Positions 32,699 through 43,271 of a stretch of DNA of 64,000 nt are shown piece after piece. The first letter of the stretch is position 1, and each line of letters starts with the position of its first letter. The position numbers and the translations under genes are program-made. Source of the stretch: a virus; the IMG/VR virus record IMGVR_UViG_3300021338_000004, positions 1 to 64,000 of that record; one strand, 5' to 3'. The notes under the pieces were generated by a model. That model ran no database searches. It was not told where the DNA came from and saw nothing but the letters and a program-made list of their open reading frames with translations.

Positions 32699-33422
32699 CC
32701 CCCTTCCCGCTAGGGCAGATATGTGGCGGGCTTTTCAGGGAAAACTTGCCATTATTCAGAGCCAGCGGGACACCATGCATCATCTCTGACTCACAGCTAT
32801 CAACCAGCGCTTTAAGTTTTTTAAACTGGCTCTCCGGCATGCCCATAACCCACTCGGTGCGATCGCTTTCTTCACGCTTGGCATCCGCTGCTTGGGCGTT
32901 GGGCAATATCAGGCGAAAGATCACCTCATGTACCCGTATTTTGGCATTCTCCGCGCGATACTCGGGGCTATCCTCTGCATACTCATCACGTTTAAGCCTC
33001 ATGAGCTGCAGTGCTTCGGCATCTTCCCCGTTCAAACAGTGGATCTGGATCGTTTTGCCGTTAAATTCCCGTTCGCGGTACGACGCGCCTTGAATTGACC
33101 GGTATTCGGCTGCGATATCACGCATATCAAATGTGTGGTGATGCTCTTTTTGGCAGTGAGGACACTGATACGGCACGCTGGCATACGTATCGGCCTGTGT
33201 ATGCATGGCATACCAAAATACTGCCGTATAGCGATCCGCGACCGTCCAAGTTGATGCATCAGAGTAGTACTCTGGTAACTGAATCGTGTTGAGAAAGGCC
33301 GTAATTAGCGTTTCTTCATGCTCTGGCATCACTTCGCTAAAGCCGATGCATTGCGCGACACTGACCTCCTGCAGGTGGAGTTTTTTGTCGGGCTGGCTGG
33401 GTTGCTGAAGAACCGGAATCAT
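32640..33422 (-). CDS. pmgB: PmgB-like tail assembly protein
   Basis: WTVADRYTAVFWY, YQCPHCQKEH, HGVPL..HICP..PFR. Confidence 0.8.
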   Translation of the reverse strand: MIPVLQQPSQPDKKLHLQEVSVAQCIGFSEVMPEHEETLITAFLNTIQLPEYYSDASTWTVADRYTAVFWYAMHTQADTYASVPYQCPHCQKEHHHTFDMRDIAAEYRSIQGASYREREFNGKTIQIHCLNGEDAEALQLMRLKRDEYAEDSPEYRAENAKIRVHEVIFRLILPNAQAADAKREESDRTEWVMGMPESQFKKLKALVDSCESEMMHGVPLALNNGKFSLKSPPHICPSGKGDASTRLHLPFRCVEFIPRI

Positions 33423-33622
33423 GATGATGGCCACCCTTGACGGAAGGTGGCGACCGCCAGCACGAAAAAGGCAGCGCTCATGCATGTCATCGCGTCATCC
33501 ACACTGCCTCCCAGGAGGCGCACAGTGGCCCATACAAGAAACAGCACAGCAACACATACAAATCCCCAGAAAAAGGATATAAGCCACCAGATAAACGTGC
33601 CTAAGCGCCTGAGCATTGGCAT
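33419..33622 (-). CDS. Small membrane protein
   Basis: Two hydrophobic helices; ATGA overlap with pmgB. Confidence 0.55.
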   Translation of the reverse strand: MPMLRRLGTFIWWLISFFWGFVCVAVLFLVWATVRLLGGSVDDAMTCMSAAFFVLAVATFRQGWPSS

Positions 33623-33699
33623 GGAAGAGTTCTCACATTGAAGTCATTATCGTGTGAGAGTGTATGCAGCCGGACAGAGCCCGGCAGCAACACATTTTT

Positions 33700-34215
33700 T
33701 TAGGAACGGAATTGAATGAAGGTAACAGGGAATTCTAAGAACCCCTGCTCTGAACGACTTTCGCTGATATCGCCCATTTGAGTGATGAAGACGCCCCATT
33801 CCCGGGGGGACTCCTCTCTGAAGCTGCCTTCGCTTGGCGCCAGTTCGCGCAGCTGGTGGCGCGACCATTTGCGCACATAACCTTTTTCCGGGTGCAGTGG
33901 CGGATTAATGGTCCCGTCCGGGTTGATTACCTTACCTGCCCACGCGGATGCCCAGTTATAGATGCGCTGATCAGCGTGGTCCCGCATCGTCATGGAGATT
34001 GCAACCGGCTCTGCACTAACAGGGAACTGCAGCGCCTGGATCCCCGCTTTCAAGGCGTCGGTCGTGATTTCGATCGGCCCGTAGGACACGTCTTTCACGA
34101 ACAGGTCAAAATCTGCGGGCTCTTCTTCGATTTCTATCCGGTATGCCCAGCTGCGCTGAAACTCAGTGTTAACAGCTTTTCGCATCGCCAGGCGCTGCAG
34201 ATTAAAATCACCCAT
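33700..34215 (-). CDS. tub: Tub-like tail tube initiator
   Basis: FDLFVKDVSYGPIEI, ISMTMRD, VINPDGTINPP, FPVTF. Confidence 0.8.
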   Translation of the reverse strand: MGDFNLQRLAMRKAVNTEFQRSWAYRIEIEEEPADFDLFVKDVSYGPIEITTDALKAGIQALQFPVSAEPVAISMTMRDHADQRIYNWASAWAGKVINPDGTINPPLHPEKGYVRKWSRHQLRELAPSEGSFREESPREWGVFITQMGDISESRSEQGFLEFPVTFIQFRS

Positions 34216-34257
34216 GCTTACACCCTCTCAAGGCGAGTTGCCGTTACGGTAACGGCT

Positions 34258-34809
34258 TTAAAACACCATCATGGGCATGAATACCCGCTGATTTTCCATC
34301 TCTTCCTCCAGTTCACGTAAGCGCGCCTCCAGTGAGGCCGTGTCCTTAAGGTGATCGACGGGCAATTGACTCGCCAGACTGGTATGGCGGATCCGCTCGG
34401 TGTTCGGAATGGCAATCAATGCTTCCAGGTAGTTACCAATCAAACGAACAGCGTTGTTCGGTAACTCGCCACTGGCTTTATCGATGCCAGCCAGGTTGAC
34501 CAGATAGTTCACCGTGAATGGCGCCAAGCTTAGCCGATCTGTCCTTACCTTGAGCTTGCCTTCGACGTTTAAAACCTCTAAGGAATCGCCGCCATCCTCT
34601 TCGGCGGACATCAGTTCAAGCCAGTCGGCAGGCCAGTCGATGCCGTCTTTATTGTCCTGAGCTGTTAGCGTGATGGTTTTAATGCAGCCGGCTTTGTCCT
34701 GATACGTCTGTAACGCCAGATCCAGCAGCGCATCAAGCTTGGGCGGCTCATCATGCAATAGCGTGATAAACCGCCCTTTTACGCTCTCCAGTAATGCGTG
34801 CGGTGTCAT
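34258..34809 (-). CDS. pmgC: PmgC-like head-tail adaptor
   Basis: MTPHALLESVKGRF..LQTYQDKAG..YLEALIAIPNTER. Confidence 0.85.
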   Translation of the reverse strand: MTPHALLESVKGRFITLLHDEPPKLDALLDLALQTYQDKAGCIKTITLTAQDNKDGIDWPADWLELMSAEEDGGDSLEVLNVEGKLKVRTDRLSLAPFTVNYLVNLAGIDKASGELPNNAVRLIGNYLEALIAIPNTERIRHTSLASQLPVDHLKDTASLEARLRELEEEMENQRVFMPMMVF

Positions 34810-35297
34810 TTAAGCCACTCAAACCAGTTGTGGTGAATCTGCAGCGGGATGCGCAGGGCTGTGGTCTGGCCTTCCACATCCAAATCCCCCGGTTCGGCTT
34901 GCACCGTGCACATCTGAAGCTCCCAGCCATCACCTTTCTGGCCTTCACCCACCAGCTCGACCTTAACGTTGATGTATTGGCGATCTTCAACAATGCTGCG
35001 AATGGCTTTCAGCGCACGTCCGCTTTTTACTTCAACGATGTTGGCTGAAATATCGCCGTCGCGTTTCAGGTTGCCGTACTGCTGGAAGGCCATACCAAAT
35101 GGCCCAAAGTCTTCTACGTTATCGCCGCGACTGATGGCGGGAGTCTGCGCAGTACGAATCAGAACCCACAGATCCTCATAACCTTCAAACGTAACCTTGA
35201 AGTCGCTTTGAACCGCGCGCTCCCCCAGTGCCACGTTGGCGGTATGCGCTTGCTTCAGCAGATTGATATCCGCCTTTACGCCTGGGATGCTAGGCAT
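34806..35297 (-). CDS. bplB: Tail tube protein (BplB-like)
   Basis: GER..F..LIRTAQTP..VEDFGPFGMAFQQYG..HNW. Confidence 0.8.
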   Translation of the reverse strand: MPSIPGVKADINLLKQAHTANVALGERAVQSDFKVTFEGYEDLWVLIRTAQTPAISRGDNVEDFGPFGMAFQQYGNLKRDGDISANIVEVKSGRALKAIRSIVEDRQYINVKVELVGEGQKGDGWELQMCTVQAEPGDLDVEGQTTALRIPLQIHHNWFEWLK

Positions 35298-35309
35298 GAT
35301 TAATCTCCC

Positions 35310-35945
35310 TTAACCAAACATCCGGGGCACATCTGAGCGATTCAGCATAGCCTCGGACTGAATGGTGATGTTTAACAAAGATGATGACAGGTAGCCGTCC
35401 TGGTAACGCGGCGCATCCAGTGGATCAGAGATATTCTCAATGACGCACGGACCATAAACGGCATTACGGCCAATATTGACGTACACGGAACTGGGGATGC
35501 GCCCCATTGCTCCGTTTGAGCCCACCGGGCTGATTGCCCGGACTTCAGGGGATATAAACTGATACAGCGCTTGAATGGCGTCATCCACTTCGCGTTTGCC
35601 ATCCACCAGCGCATAAAGCAGCAGTGAGATGTTGAACGCCAGAGGCTGGTTGCCCTCCCATACCTGGCGCGATGCCAGCGTGGTGATCGATGTCATACCA
35701 CGGGTGCCTTCAACCAGCTCACCGGATTGTAAAATACCCCCGGTCTTCTGGAATTGAGACCCTACAGAGTCGGACTCAAACGGACTATTCCAGTTGGCCT
35801 GGAGCTCGCGGCTTGTGCCTTCCCCAATGATGCCGACAACGCAGGTGTTACCCTGCTTAATCCAGCACTTCTGGTAGGGGCTGACTTTAGGGTCATTAAC
35901 CCCCAGCACCTGCATGCCGCGTTGCTGCCAAACCAGCGCTGCCAT
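35310..35945 (-). CDS. pmgG: PmgG-like tail protein
   Basis: VSPYQK..VVGIIGEG..WNSPFE..QVWEG..GRIP. Confidence 0.8.
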   Translation of the reverse strand: MAALVWQQRGMQVLGVNDPKVSPYQKCWIKQGNTCVVGIIGEGTSRELQANWNSPFESDSVGSQFQKTGGILQSGELVEGTRGMTSITTLASRQVWEGNQPLAFNISLLLYALVDGKREVDDAIQALYQFISPEVRAISPVGSNGAMGRIPSSVYVNIGRNAVYGPCVIENISDPLDAPRYQDGYLSSSLLNITIQSEAMLNRSDVPRMFG

Positions 35946-35948
35946 TGC

Positions 35949-36629
35949 TTACATGCCCCGCTTCTTGCGCACACCCATGGATTTGGCGCGTTTGCGACGG
36001 GCGGATGCTGAATGAGCTTTTTTGCGGGCCTTTTTAAGTGCTGCTTTTTGTGCCGCTGAAAGCTTTGGCTTGCGCAGCGTTTTACGCACCAGTGTTACCA
36101 CACCGTTGCGCACGACACGGATTTTGGCGCCATCCAGAATGGCGGATGCTTTCAGCGCAAAACGGGAAATAATCTCGTCATCGGCGCGCTCGCTGTCTTC
36201 GATACGTTTGCTCAGATAATTTGCCAGCTTTTCGCCTGCTTCTGAGTCTTCGTCATCGATAAACTGCTTCACATTCGCCTTATTGCCGCCCAGTTCCACC
36301 AATGCATCGGCAGTTGTGGCCAGAATGGCGTTATAGGCCTCTTCTTCTTCATCAGTGATCTCGCCATCACCATCCGCGTCAGCAAGGCCTGCCACCAGAC
36401 CGTTCAGCATGTTCCAGGAATAATCGTCGCCACCGATAAACTCCAGCGCCGCGGCCATACCCAGTGCGCGCTCCTGTTTGCTGCCATAGTCGTCTTCGGC
36501 GCTATCAAACAACGCTTCATCCATGGTGATTTCATCAGCAGAGACGCTTTTGTTTCCGGCGTCAGGGAATGGATTGCTTGCGGCGCTATCCAGCACCAAA
36601 GAACCACCAGTACCAAAAATATCTGTCAC
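35949..36629 (-). CDS. P1 gp21-like virion protein (acidic body, very basic C-terminus)
   Basis: Position after the sheath gene; RVVRNG..LSAAQKAALKKARKKAH..RAKSM. Confidence 0.75.
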   Translation of the reverse strand: MTDIFGTGGSLVLDSAASNPFPDAGNKSVSADEITMDEALFDSAEDDYGSKQERALGMAAALEFIGGDDYSWNMLNGLVAGLADADGDGEITDEEEEAYNAILATTADALVELGGNKANVKQFIDDEDSEAGEKLANYLSKRIEDSERADDEIISRFALKASAILDGAKIRVVRNGVVTLVRKTLRKPKLSAAQKAALKKARKKAHSASARRKRAKSMGVRKKRGM

Positions 36630-36640
36630 GGTTTCTTACC

Positions 36641-38191
36641 TCACTTCATAAGGATTGGTTGCAGGGCGAAGCGACGGCCAACACCGGTTGGTGCAAAGGC
36701 CACCTGCACTTCCCACAGGTCCAGTTCGCGTTGTTTCAAAATAATGCGGTACGGCGATGTCCCGTCGCGCTCAGGATCCCGCGGTTCAACCAGGGCTTCT
36801 GCTTCAACGCGCTTTTCACAGACCTCTTTGCCGAGGCGCTGCAGCAACTCAATGGTCAGGCCGTCGGGCTCAAATTTGGCGATCGACGCAACCTGGATAA
36901 AGTCACGCAGGATATCCAGCATGATTGCGACAACGTGCTCAAATCGCAGATAGTTCTCCTGTCCCCAGCACGTCAGCACGTCACCGATAACTTTGCCCTT
37001 GTCAGCGGGATTCATGCGGATTTCATAGCGCTGGTTGCCCGACAATTGACCGGTCGTATGCAGTGGCTCAATACCGCGGCGATTGATGCGGCCGCGCTTC
37101 TCGCCAGCACGCGCGTAATGCGCGCCTTTGACATCGGCACGCCCGGTTGGTGTTGCGTTACAGATAGCCTTGGATGCCACCAGCGCACCCGAGCCGCCCC
37201 ATACGGACTTGCCGCCATACCATTCATCAGTGGCTTTGTATGGGTAATGGATGTAATCACCCATGTAGTCACTCAGGTTCAGACTTTCAATCCAGGGCTT
37301 CGCATTCTCTTCCGTCATCCACGGCGGTGCATCGAAGCGGTATTGCGCCAGCCGTACGGCTGCGATAGACGACATATGGGCGATTACAACCGGGTCATAA
37401 CACCCTGCCGCCATCATCTCGTCAAAGTCATAGTCGTCTGACTTCAGCAGATCCCATGCGTCTTTGTAGTCCTGGGTGGTTGGAATGCCGCCATTCGTGC
37501 CGCCAACGAACGCTTCGGATACCGCCTTCACATCCGCGACAAAGTCGATTTCATCTGCAATGTTTGCGCGAAATGCAGAGTTGCGGTCCTCCAGCACTGA
37601 TGGAAGGTAGGCCGTTAATCCGCTGTCGTCCCGATCATCGGGGTCTATGCCTACGCGGTAACTTTCGTTATCCATCGCACGCCATTCGCCGGCAATCAGT
37701 TCTTCAAAATGCAGGGTGAAACGCTGTGTTGCGGCATCAATGTCGCCGATAACAACGCGGCGCTTGCCGGAAGGATCGCCGTCTACGGGATACAGCTGCA
37801 GCCAATACCCTGGTGCAACATCAGTATCAGCACCAAACGCATGCGCCGATGTTGAAGCTGCACCCCCGGCATCTGCCAGGCTGATACTTGGGTATTTCGC
37901 ATCACTGGCCTTGACGACAACAACCCAGGCTCCGTAGCACTGATCCAGCGCATCTTTAAGATGCCGAAGGCCTTCTGCGCGGGTGCCCATGCGCATGGGC
38001 ATTGGCTTACCGAGCTTATCTTCCCAGTTCTCGCTGGTGACATAGAGCGGCGTACCCACCCTGCCTTTTGTTGCTTCCAGAACAGTGGCCGCCACCGTAT
38101 CCGTTGTGCCGCCGATCTTGTAGTTGTTGTCGATCGGCTGCAGAACGGTAGTCCCTGGCGCATTGGTCAGGGTTCTATTGATCATTACCAT
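36641..38191 (-). CDS. Tail sheath protein (P1 gp22-like)
   Basis: EGLRHL, AFVGGTNG, YHYP-like YIHYPY, ENYLRFEHV, KFEPDGLT, PTGVGRR. Confidence 0.9.
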   Translation of the reverse strand: MVMINRTLTNAPGTTVLQPIDNNYKIGGTTDTVAATVLEATKGRVGTPLYVTSENWEDKLGKPMPMRMGTRAEGLRHLKDALDQCYGAWVVVVKASDAKYPSISLADAGGAASTSAHAFGADTDVAPGYWLQLYPVDGDPSGKRRVVIGDIDAATQRFTLHFEELIAGEWRAMDNESYRVGIDPDDRDDSGLTAYLPSVLEDRNSAFRANIADEIDFVADVKAVSEAFVGGTNGGIPTTQDYKDAWDLLKSDDYDFDEMMAAGCYDPVVIAHMSSIAAVRLAQYRFDAPPWMTEENAKPWIESLNLSDYMGDYIHYPYKATDEWYGGKSVWGGSGALVASKAICNATPTGRADVKGAHYARAGEKRGRINRRGIEPLHTTGQLSGNQRYEIRMNPADKGKVIGDVLTCWGQENYLRFEHVVAIMLDILRDFIQVASIAKFEPDGLTIELLQRLGKEVCEKRVEAEALVEPRDPERDGTSPYRIILKQRELDLWEVQVAFAPTGVGRRFALQPILMK

Positions 38192-38235
38192 GTTTTACCT
38201 CTTCGCCTTCTGGCGCGATGGGCAATCGATACAGA

Positions 38236-38595
38236 TTATTTCTTTGGAGCTGCGCTGCGCTTCGCAGAGGGCTTTTTGGTGCTGCCCGCGTCTGCATCTT
38301 TATCTGCGCCCTTGGCCGCATTCAGGGATGCCTGATGCTCTTCATCGGTGATCACAATCAACCATGGGCGCTTTGCCAAAAACGGTGCTCGGCGAAACGC
38401 TTCCTCTTCGTCAGCAGGGATATTGAATGGACCGGCCACATCGTGTCCGTCTACAGTGATTTCGCCGTATTTGCTGATCAGATCCAGCGGATTGGAGCTG
38501 TTGTTTTTCAGCCACAGCACAGTAGTGGATGATGTGTTATTCGATGCCTGAGTGTCTGAGGCGTTCGTGTCTTGCGGGTTATTCTCGTTTTCCAT
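38236..38595 (-). CDS. Hypothetical protein (possible head accessory)
   Basis: AAGGT RBS; lies between the capsid and sheath genes. Confidence 0.6.
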   Translation of the reverse strand: MENENNPQDTNASDTQASNNTSSTTVLWLKNNSSNPLDLISKYGEITVDGHDVAGPFNIPADEEEAFRRAPFLAKRPWLIVITDEEHQASLNAAKGADKDADAGSTKKPSAKRSAAPKK

Positions 38596-38625
38596 GACGG
38601 CTTACCTTGTAGAGATAAAGGGGGA

Positions 38626-38651
38626 TGCATGGCGATCACTGTCGCCATGCA
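38626..38651 (-). terminator. Hairpin after the major capsid gene
   Basis: TGCATGGCGA-N6-TCGCCATGCA. Confidence 0.5.
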
Positions 38652-38669
38652 AAGAGAGCGGCTTGCCCG

Positions 38670-40244
38670 TTAGTCAACAATGCGCAACCAGGTAAACCAG
38701 GAACGCCCGTTTTTCGGGTGAAGATCACGGTACGCCAGGTCATACAGGGTGTTTTTGTGCTTCAGATCGGCCTGGATGCTGTGCGGGAAGTTGATCATGG
38801 TGATAGCATCACCGGCCACGAAGCCGGCATCACCGTGGCTTGCGCCTTTTGCGTAACAGAAAACGCCCCATGGATCATCCATGTATGGGTCTTCTTTGAA
38901 GACATAGCCGAATGCGGTGCCGACCAGGTGCGGCTGTGCGATGTGACGGTATCCAGGCACTGTTTTCACAAAAGGATGTCCCAGCGAGCGCAGCAGGGCA
39001 GCGGCTTTACCACCACATACCATGCCGACCATGCCTGATTTACGTGTTGCCAGCATCAGCTTCTGACTGATTTCCTGGAACTTCACGTTCAGGCTCTGAT
39101 AATGCTCGCGGTAATTCAGACCGCTCGGAATGCCACGGCTCCACTCTGTCTCGCCCTTGGCAAAGAAGTACATGGCCATAAGGCGATTGCGATCGCGCTC
39201 TGATGCCAGGACATTGCGAGATGCGCTCAGGTTCATCTGGCCCAAATTCATACCAAACTCTCGGCCCATGCTGAACTGCGCCTGGATTGTGGAGCTACAG
39301 CCCAGAGCAGATTCATGCGGGCGCAGAGTCCAGGACTCCATGCGGTGCTCGATACCCGGGATCAGCGACGGGTCGCTTTCAATATTGATGTCGAAACCAA
39401 AGTGCACGTCCAAGCCGGATGCGACACCGGTCGAAAAGTCCGTTGTGATACCGCCGTCTTCGTAGGCAACCGTGCCGGTCAGTACGACTGTGTCACCATC
39501 ACCATTTACATAACGGCCAAAAATACCGCCTTTACCGTCATCCGAGCCGACCAGTTCGCGGTCGACATACACCATGACCATATTCGGCTTAAATGGCATT
39601 TTCTTGCCCAGATCAGTGGTGCTGGACAGGGTGAACTGCTTTTTGGTGCCATCACCCGTGCCCACCAGGCGGCGCTGGTCCATGGTGCCGTACTGCTTAT
39701 TGAAGGTTTCGTCGATGACATCGCCTTTTTTCATGTCACCGAAGTCGGAATTGGCGTGGCGTGTCAGCGCAAACAGTTCGCTTTTGTCATAGTTACCCGG
39801 AATGGTGGTGACCATGTCGTTCGTAACCATCATCAGCGCTGTTGGCACAATCAGCGCGACGCGGTGGTCGCGTAGCTCAACACCTTCGCTGGTGGACAAC
39901 GGCGCACCTGCGGAGTCGAGGATTTTACCGAGCTTATTGTCGTCCTGTGGCGCCAGCTGGCTGCGCAGCTGTGAATGCATAGAGGACATCAACTCGCTCG
40001 ATGGCAGCTGGCCGTCATGTGCATCACGGTAGCTTTCCAGCGCGTTGATTGTGCCCAGGAGCAGAGATGGGCCTTTGTCGCCCGCGCCATCAAAAATGGT
40101 CTCTTTGCATTTGCTCTGCACGATGCCAGGCCATTCAGCGCGCGGCGCGCCATCTACAAGACCCAGCGTCTGCGCGTACATTGCCTGGGCGCTTTCCTGC
40201 AGAAATGCTGTGCGGTCCAGGTATTTAGAGATATCGGTTGTCAT
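38670..40244 (-). CDS. Major capsid protein (P1 gp23-like)
   Basis: DINIESDPSLIPGIEHRM, REFGMNL, AGFVAGDA, DLHPKNG. Confidence 0.9.
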   Translation of the reverse strand: MTTDISKYLDRTAFLQESAQAMYAQTLGLVDGAPRAEWPGIVQSKCKETIFDGAGDKGPSLLLGTINALESYRDAHDGQLPSSELMSSMHSQLRSQLAPQDDNKLGKILDSAGAPLSTSEGVELRDHRVALIVPTALMMVTNDMVTTIPGNYDKSELFALTRHANSDFGDMKKGDVIDETFNKQYGTMDQRRLVGTGDGTKKQFTLSSTTDLGKKMPFKPNMVMVYVDRELVGSDDGKGGIFGRYVNGDGDTVVLTGTVAYEDGGITTDFSTGVASGLDVHFGFDINIESDPSLIPGIEHRMESWTLRPHESALGCSSTIQAQFSMGREFGMNLGQMNLSASRNVLASERDRNRLMAMYFFAKGETEWSRGIPSGLNYREHYQSLNVKFQEISQKLMLATRKSGMVGMVCGGKAAALLRSLGHPFVKTVPGYRHIAQPHLVGTAFGYVFKEDPYMDDPWGVFCYAKGASHGDAGFVAGDAITMINFPHSIQADLKHKNTLYDLAYRDLHPKNGRSWFTWLRIVD

Positions 40245-40297
40245 TGATTATCGCTCCAATCAATCGTACATATACCCAGCAACACGCTGGAATTAGA

Positions 40298-40332
40298 GCG
40301 AATCTAACAACCCCCGAAAAAGGGAACATCAA
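40298..40332 (-). promoter_or_regulatory. Putative late promoter (capsid operon)
   Basis: TTGATGTT-N18-TAGATTCGC; twin of 45696-45730. Confidence 0.55.
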
Positions 40333-40371
40333 CACAAAATTATTTAGTGCATCACGCACCAACGTGCGCGA

Positions 40372-41037
40372 TCAGGGGCGCTCGGAAATGCGTCTGCGAG
40401 CACGCTCCAGGATGTCGCCCTTAACGTGCAACTCCAGATCGCCACCCACTTCAAACAACATGTTCCCCACACTGGAAAAGTACGCTGCACCTTCAGAGTG
40501 CAGCACAATGTGACCGCCTTTCGTGATTTCGACAGCCGTGCCTGAAGCATCCTGTGTTACGCGATACACCCCATTAGGCTCTACTTCGACCGTAACGCCA
40601 TACACGGAAAATACGCGCGACGCATGGTATCCGGTCCCATCAGGACTAGGCTGGCGACCCGTGCGCTTATGCTGAAGCCTTTTAGGTCCGCGCCAGGCCT
40701 CGTCGGGAAAGTTTGGTATGCCTTCAGGGCAATAATGAACAGATCCTGTAATACGCGGGCGTCGCGTATCAGGCTGGCCGTGACTGGTGTACGGAAAATC
40801 CACCCATACAATGTCGTCCACTTGGGCGGGCATAAAATCCCCGTCCCCAGGGCGGTGCCCAACCGGCAGTTTATACGTGGCCCAGGACAATTCCTCTTCG
40901 GGTACATTGTCCTGAAGCCCCAGCAGCCGAACCAAGACACGCATGTTGTTGTCAGGATCCCGGTCACTAACCACAATCGCCTCATACTCCGGGCGATTCA
41001 GTACCGGTGCCGGATTTTCAGTGGTCATATCACTCAT
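40372..41037 (-). CDS. Baseplate spike (P1 gp5/gpV-like)
   Basis: YEAIVVSDRDP..VRLLGL..WA..DIVWVDFPY..RPRITG. Confidence 0.85.
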   Translation of the reverse strand: MSDMTTENPAPVLNRPEYEAIVVSDRDPDNNMRVLVRLLGLQDNVPEEELSWATYKLPVGHRPGDGDFMPAQVDDIVWVDFPYTSHGQPDTRRPRITGSVHYCPEGIPNFPDEAWRGPKRLQHKRTGRQPSPDGTGYHASRVFSVYGVTVEVEPNGVYRVTQDASGTAVEITKGGHIVLHSEGAAYFSSVGNMLFEVGGDLELHVKGDILERARRRISERP

Positions 41038-42016
41038 GAGGCAATACTCCAGTTATGCGGCATGTGTATTTCTGGATGCTTTCATAGTGCGCAATCGCAC
41101 CAATCACGACCTTGATCGGCAGGCTTTCATCCAACGGGTTTTCCAGATCATTACGATTCCACACCAGGTCGATAGCGTCACCGCCCACCAGCCCACCATT
41201 CCCCTGCATTTGCATGTCCAGGACGGGATTGGCTGCCAGTGATAAGTTGTCGAGTGACGTTTGCGTCTGTACGCCGCTATATGCCAACGGGGCTGAGTCA
41301 ACGTGCACGCGCGACCGGATCAGGCCTTTTTCGATATGCCAACCGATGTAATTGCGATCAACCATATCTTCCAAGAGGTATTCAGCATTTTCCTGTCGGT
41401 AGCTGGCGATCTGATTCTCTTTGCTGGTGTCGTTATGGTGGTACTTGTACGGTGCAATGGTATTCAGCATATCGGACAGCCTGCGTGCCACCACCACACC
41501 GCGTCGGTAGTAGATCTGGCAGCCGGTTTCTTGCGCGATCTGCCTGACAACGCGCGAGGGCCGCACACTGGACGGTATGTGATAGCTCTCCAATAACGCA
41601 AAGCTATCAATGTCCAATGTACACCCGGGGAACAGCTCCCCCAGGACGTACTGCATTGATCGGCGGACAAAGTGGCGCGTCTGTATTGCGCGCTTCTTCA
41701 GTCGATATACCGGCGTAGCAATGCAGTTGAAGGTGATCTGGTCGTGCTCATCAATGGGCATCGTCAGAATGGTAAAGGTCTCTGTGAAGTTCATCTTGTC
41801 TCGGCGATACGGGTCCGCCAACACGACCTCAAGCTCATCATCCGGGCTTAAATTCATGTCATCACGCAGCAGGCGCTCTGTGTCTGACATCTTCAAAATG
41901 AACTTTGGACCTGAAATATCGAACATCTCGATATAGGTCGCTTCTTTCATCCACGACCGGTCGAGCGGCACGCCTTTGTGCCGTATTTCCTGCACCAATA
42001 GATGCTCTTGCGTCAT
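41030..42016 (-). CDS. Baseplate hub (P1 gp6-like)
   Basis: TYIE..SGPK, LDESLP.KV; synteny. Confidence 0.8.
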   Translation of the reverse strand: MTQEHLLVQEIRHKGVPLDRSWMKEATYIEMFDISGPKFILKMSDTERLLRDDMNLSPDDELEVVLADPYRRDKMNFTETFTILTMPIDEHDQITFNCIATPVYRLKKRAIQTRHFVRRSMQYVLGELFPGCTLDIDSFALLESYHIPSSVRPSRVVRQIAQETGCQIYYRRGVVVARRLSDMLNTIAPYKYHHNDTSKENQIASYRQENAEYLLEDMVDRNYIGWHIEKGLIRSRVHVDSAPLAYSGVQTQTSLDNLSLAANPVLDMQMQGNGGLVGGDAIDLVWNRNDLENPLDESLPIKVVIGAIAHYESIQKYTCRITGVLPHE

Positions 42017-42714
42017 GCTATCGTCCCTATTGTTAATTCGATGCGGGGAATAGGAGGTACATCTACTTCATGGCCGCTAAGCACTGGCGCCAGGACTTCA
42101 TGCACAAGCTCCACCGCAAATAGTCGCCCTTCATCCAGCTCAACACTGATATCGTCCGCCTGAAACTGCTTGGGCGTATCGAATACCACGGGGAGATGGA
42201 ACTCCTGGCCCTGTATGCGGTACGCGATCACGGTAGATGTGTGCTTGGATAAGTAGAAATGCCAGGCCAGCAGCAGGCGCTCAAGGTCTGCTGAGCTGGA
42301 TGCACCGATCATGATGCGGTAACGAAGCTTTACCTCTGACAGGGTCAGATCGTATTTGGAGAGATTGTCGGGCGACAACCAGGAGAATTCCGGTTGATGA
42401 TGCAGCGCGGTGTCTTGCCCGTCCGCGGTCCCCATGCCAATTTCCCGGTAGTAGTACACCATCGGCCACGCGAAGCTATTAAGCTCTTTGTCCGCTATAC
42501 GGCGCATACCGGATTTGCGTGTCACTTTGCGCGCCAGCTCGCTGGGAGACTTTGACAGCCCTCTGGCGATTTGATCCATTGGCGCGCGCTTCAAGAACAG
42601 CTGAAAATCACGGCTACCCTTATCCTTATCGATGCTCTCAATGGCAGCTGCAAGGTGTCGACCGATTGCATGATCAACCGCGTCCAACTCAGAAATATCA
42701 ACAGTGTCCATCAA
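42013..42714 (-). CDS. Tail terminator (P1 gp24-like)
   Basis: Synteny; VDHAIG..FLKRAP..RLFAV. Confidence 0.7.
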   Translation of the reverse strand: MMDTVDISELDAVDHAIGRHLAAAIESIDKDKGSRDFQLFLKRAPMDQIARGLSKSPSELARKVTRKSGMRRIADKELNSFAWPMVYYYREIGMGTADGQDTALHHQPEFSWLSPDNLSKYDLTLSEVKLRYRIMIGASSSADLERLLLAWHFYLSKHTSTVIAYRIQGQEFHLPVVFDTPKQFQADDISVELDEGRLFAVELVHEVLAPVLSGHEVDVPPIPRIELTIGTIA

Positions 42715-43271
42715 TACAGTATTCCTGCAGGTCTATCGGCTTTCGCCTCCTGGTGTGGCTCAACATCTACCACCGGCAGATCCGGCGCATTGGTTAGCAA
42801 TGCTGGATCCATCGTGAACGGCACCAGCAAGTGCCGTTTGCCACCTGCAGCGCCTTTGCCGATACCTTCTGAACGCAGCAGGTACAGCAACGTAATGCGG
42901 ATATCGTCATCTGGCATCACCTCTTCCAGCCAGATAACGCTCTGCTGGGGAATGTCTGACTCCTGGATAAGAAAGACCACCGGCTCGTCAGGCAAGCTGT
43001 CGCTGTCTGTCCCGTCCATGAGTATTTGTACACCCGTGCCATCAGAAGGCAGCTCGATTGCCTTTGAGGCTATGGGTTCGGCGTATATCAACGGGCGTTC
43101 CTGTGCTTCAAAACTGCCTACAACATCATCCTGCCCGGTCTCTATTGGTGCAGCCTCTGAGGCTTTGAAGATCAGCACGTCAAACGCTTCAGGATGAGCA
43201 CTGATCATTTTATTCAGATCAGCAGCAACAGCATCGCTGACTGCCCGTCGATTAATGGGGGCCAGTGTCAT
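42711..43271 (-). CDS. Head completion/stopper (P1 gp7-like)
   Basis: Synteny; HPEAFDVLIF..YAEP..LVPF. Confidence 0.7.
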   Translation of the reverse strand: MTLAPINRRAVSDAVAADLNKMISAHPEAFDVLIFKASEAAPIETGQDDVVGSFEAQERPLIYAEPIASKAIELPSDGTGVQILMDGTDSDSLPDEPVVFLIQESDIPQQSVIWLEEVMPDDDIRITLLYLLRSEGIGKGAAGGKRHLLVPFTMDPALLTNAPDLPVVDVEPHQEAKADRPAGILY

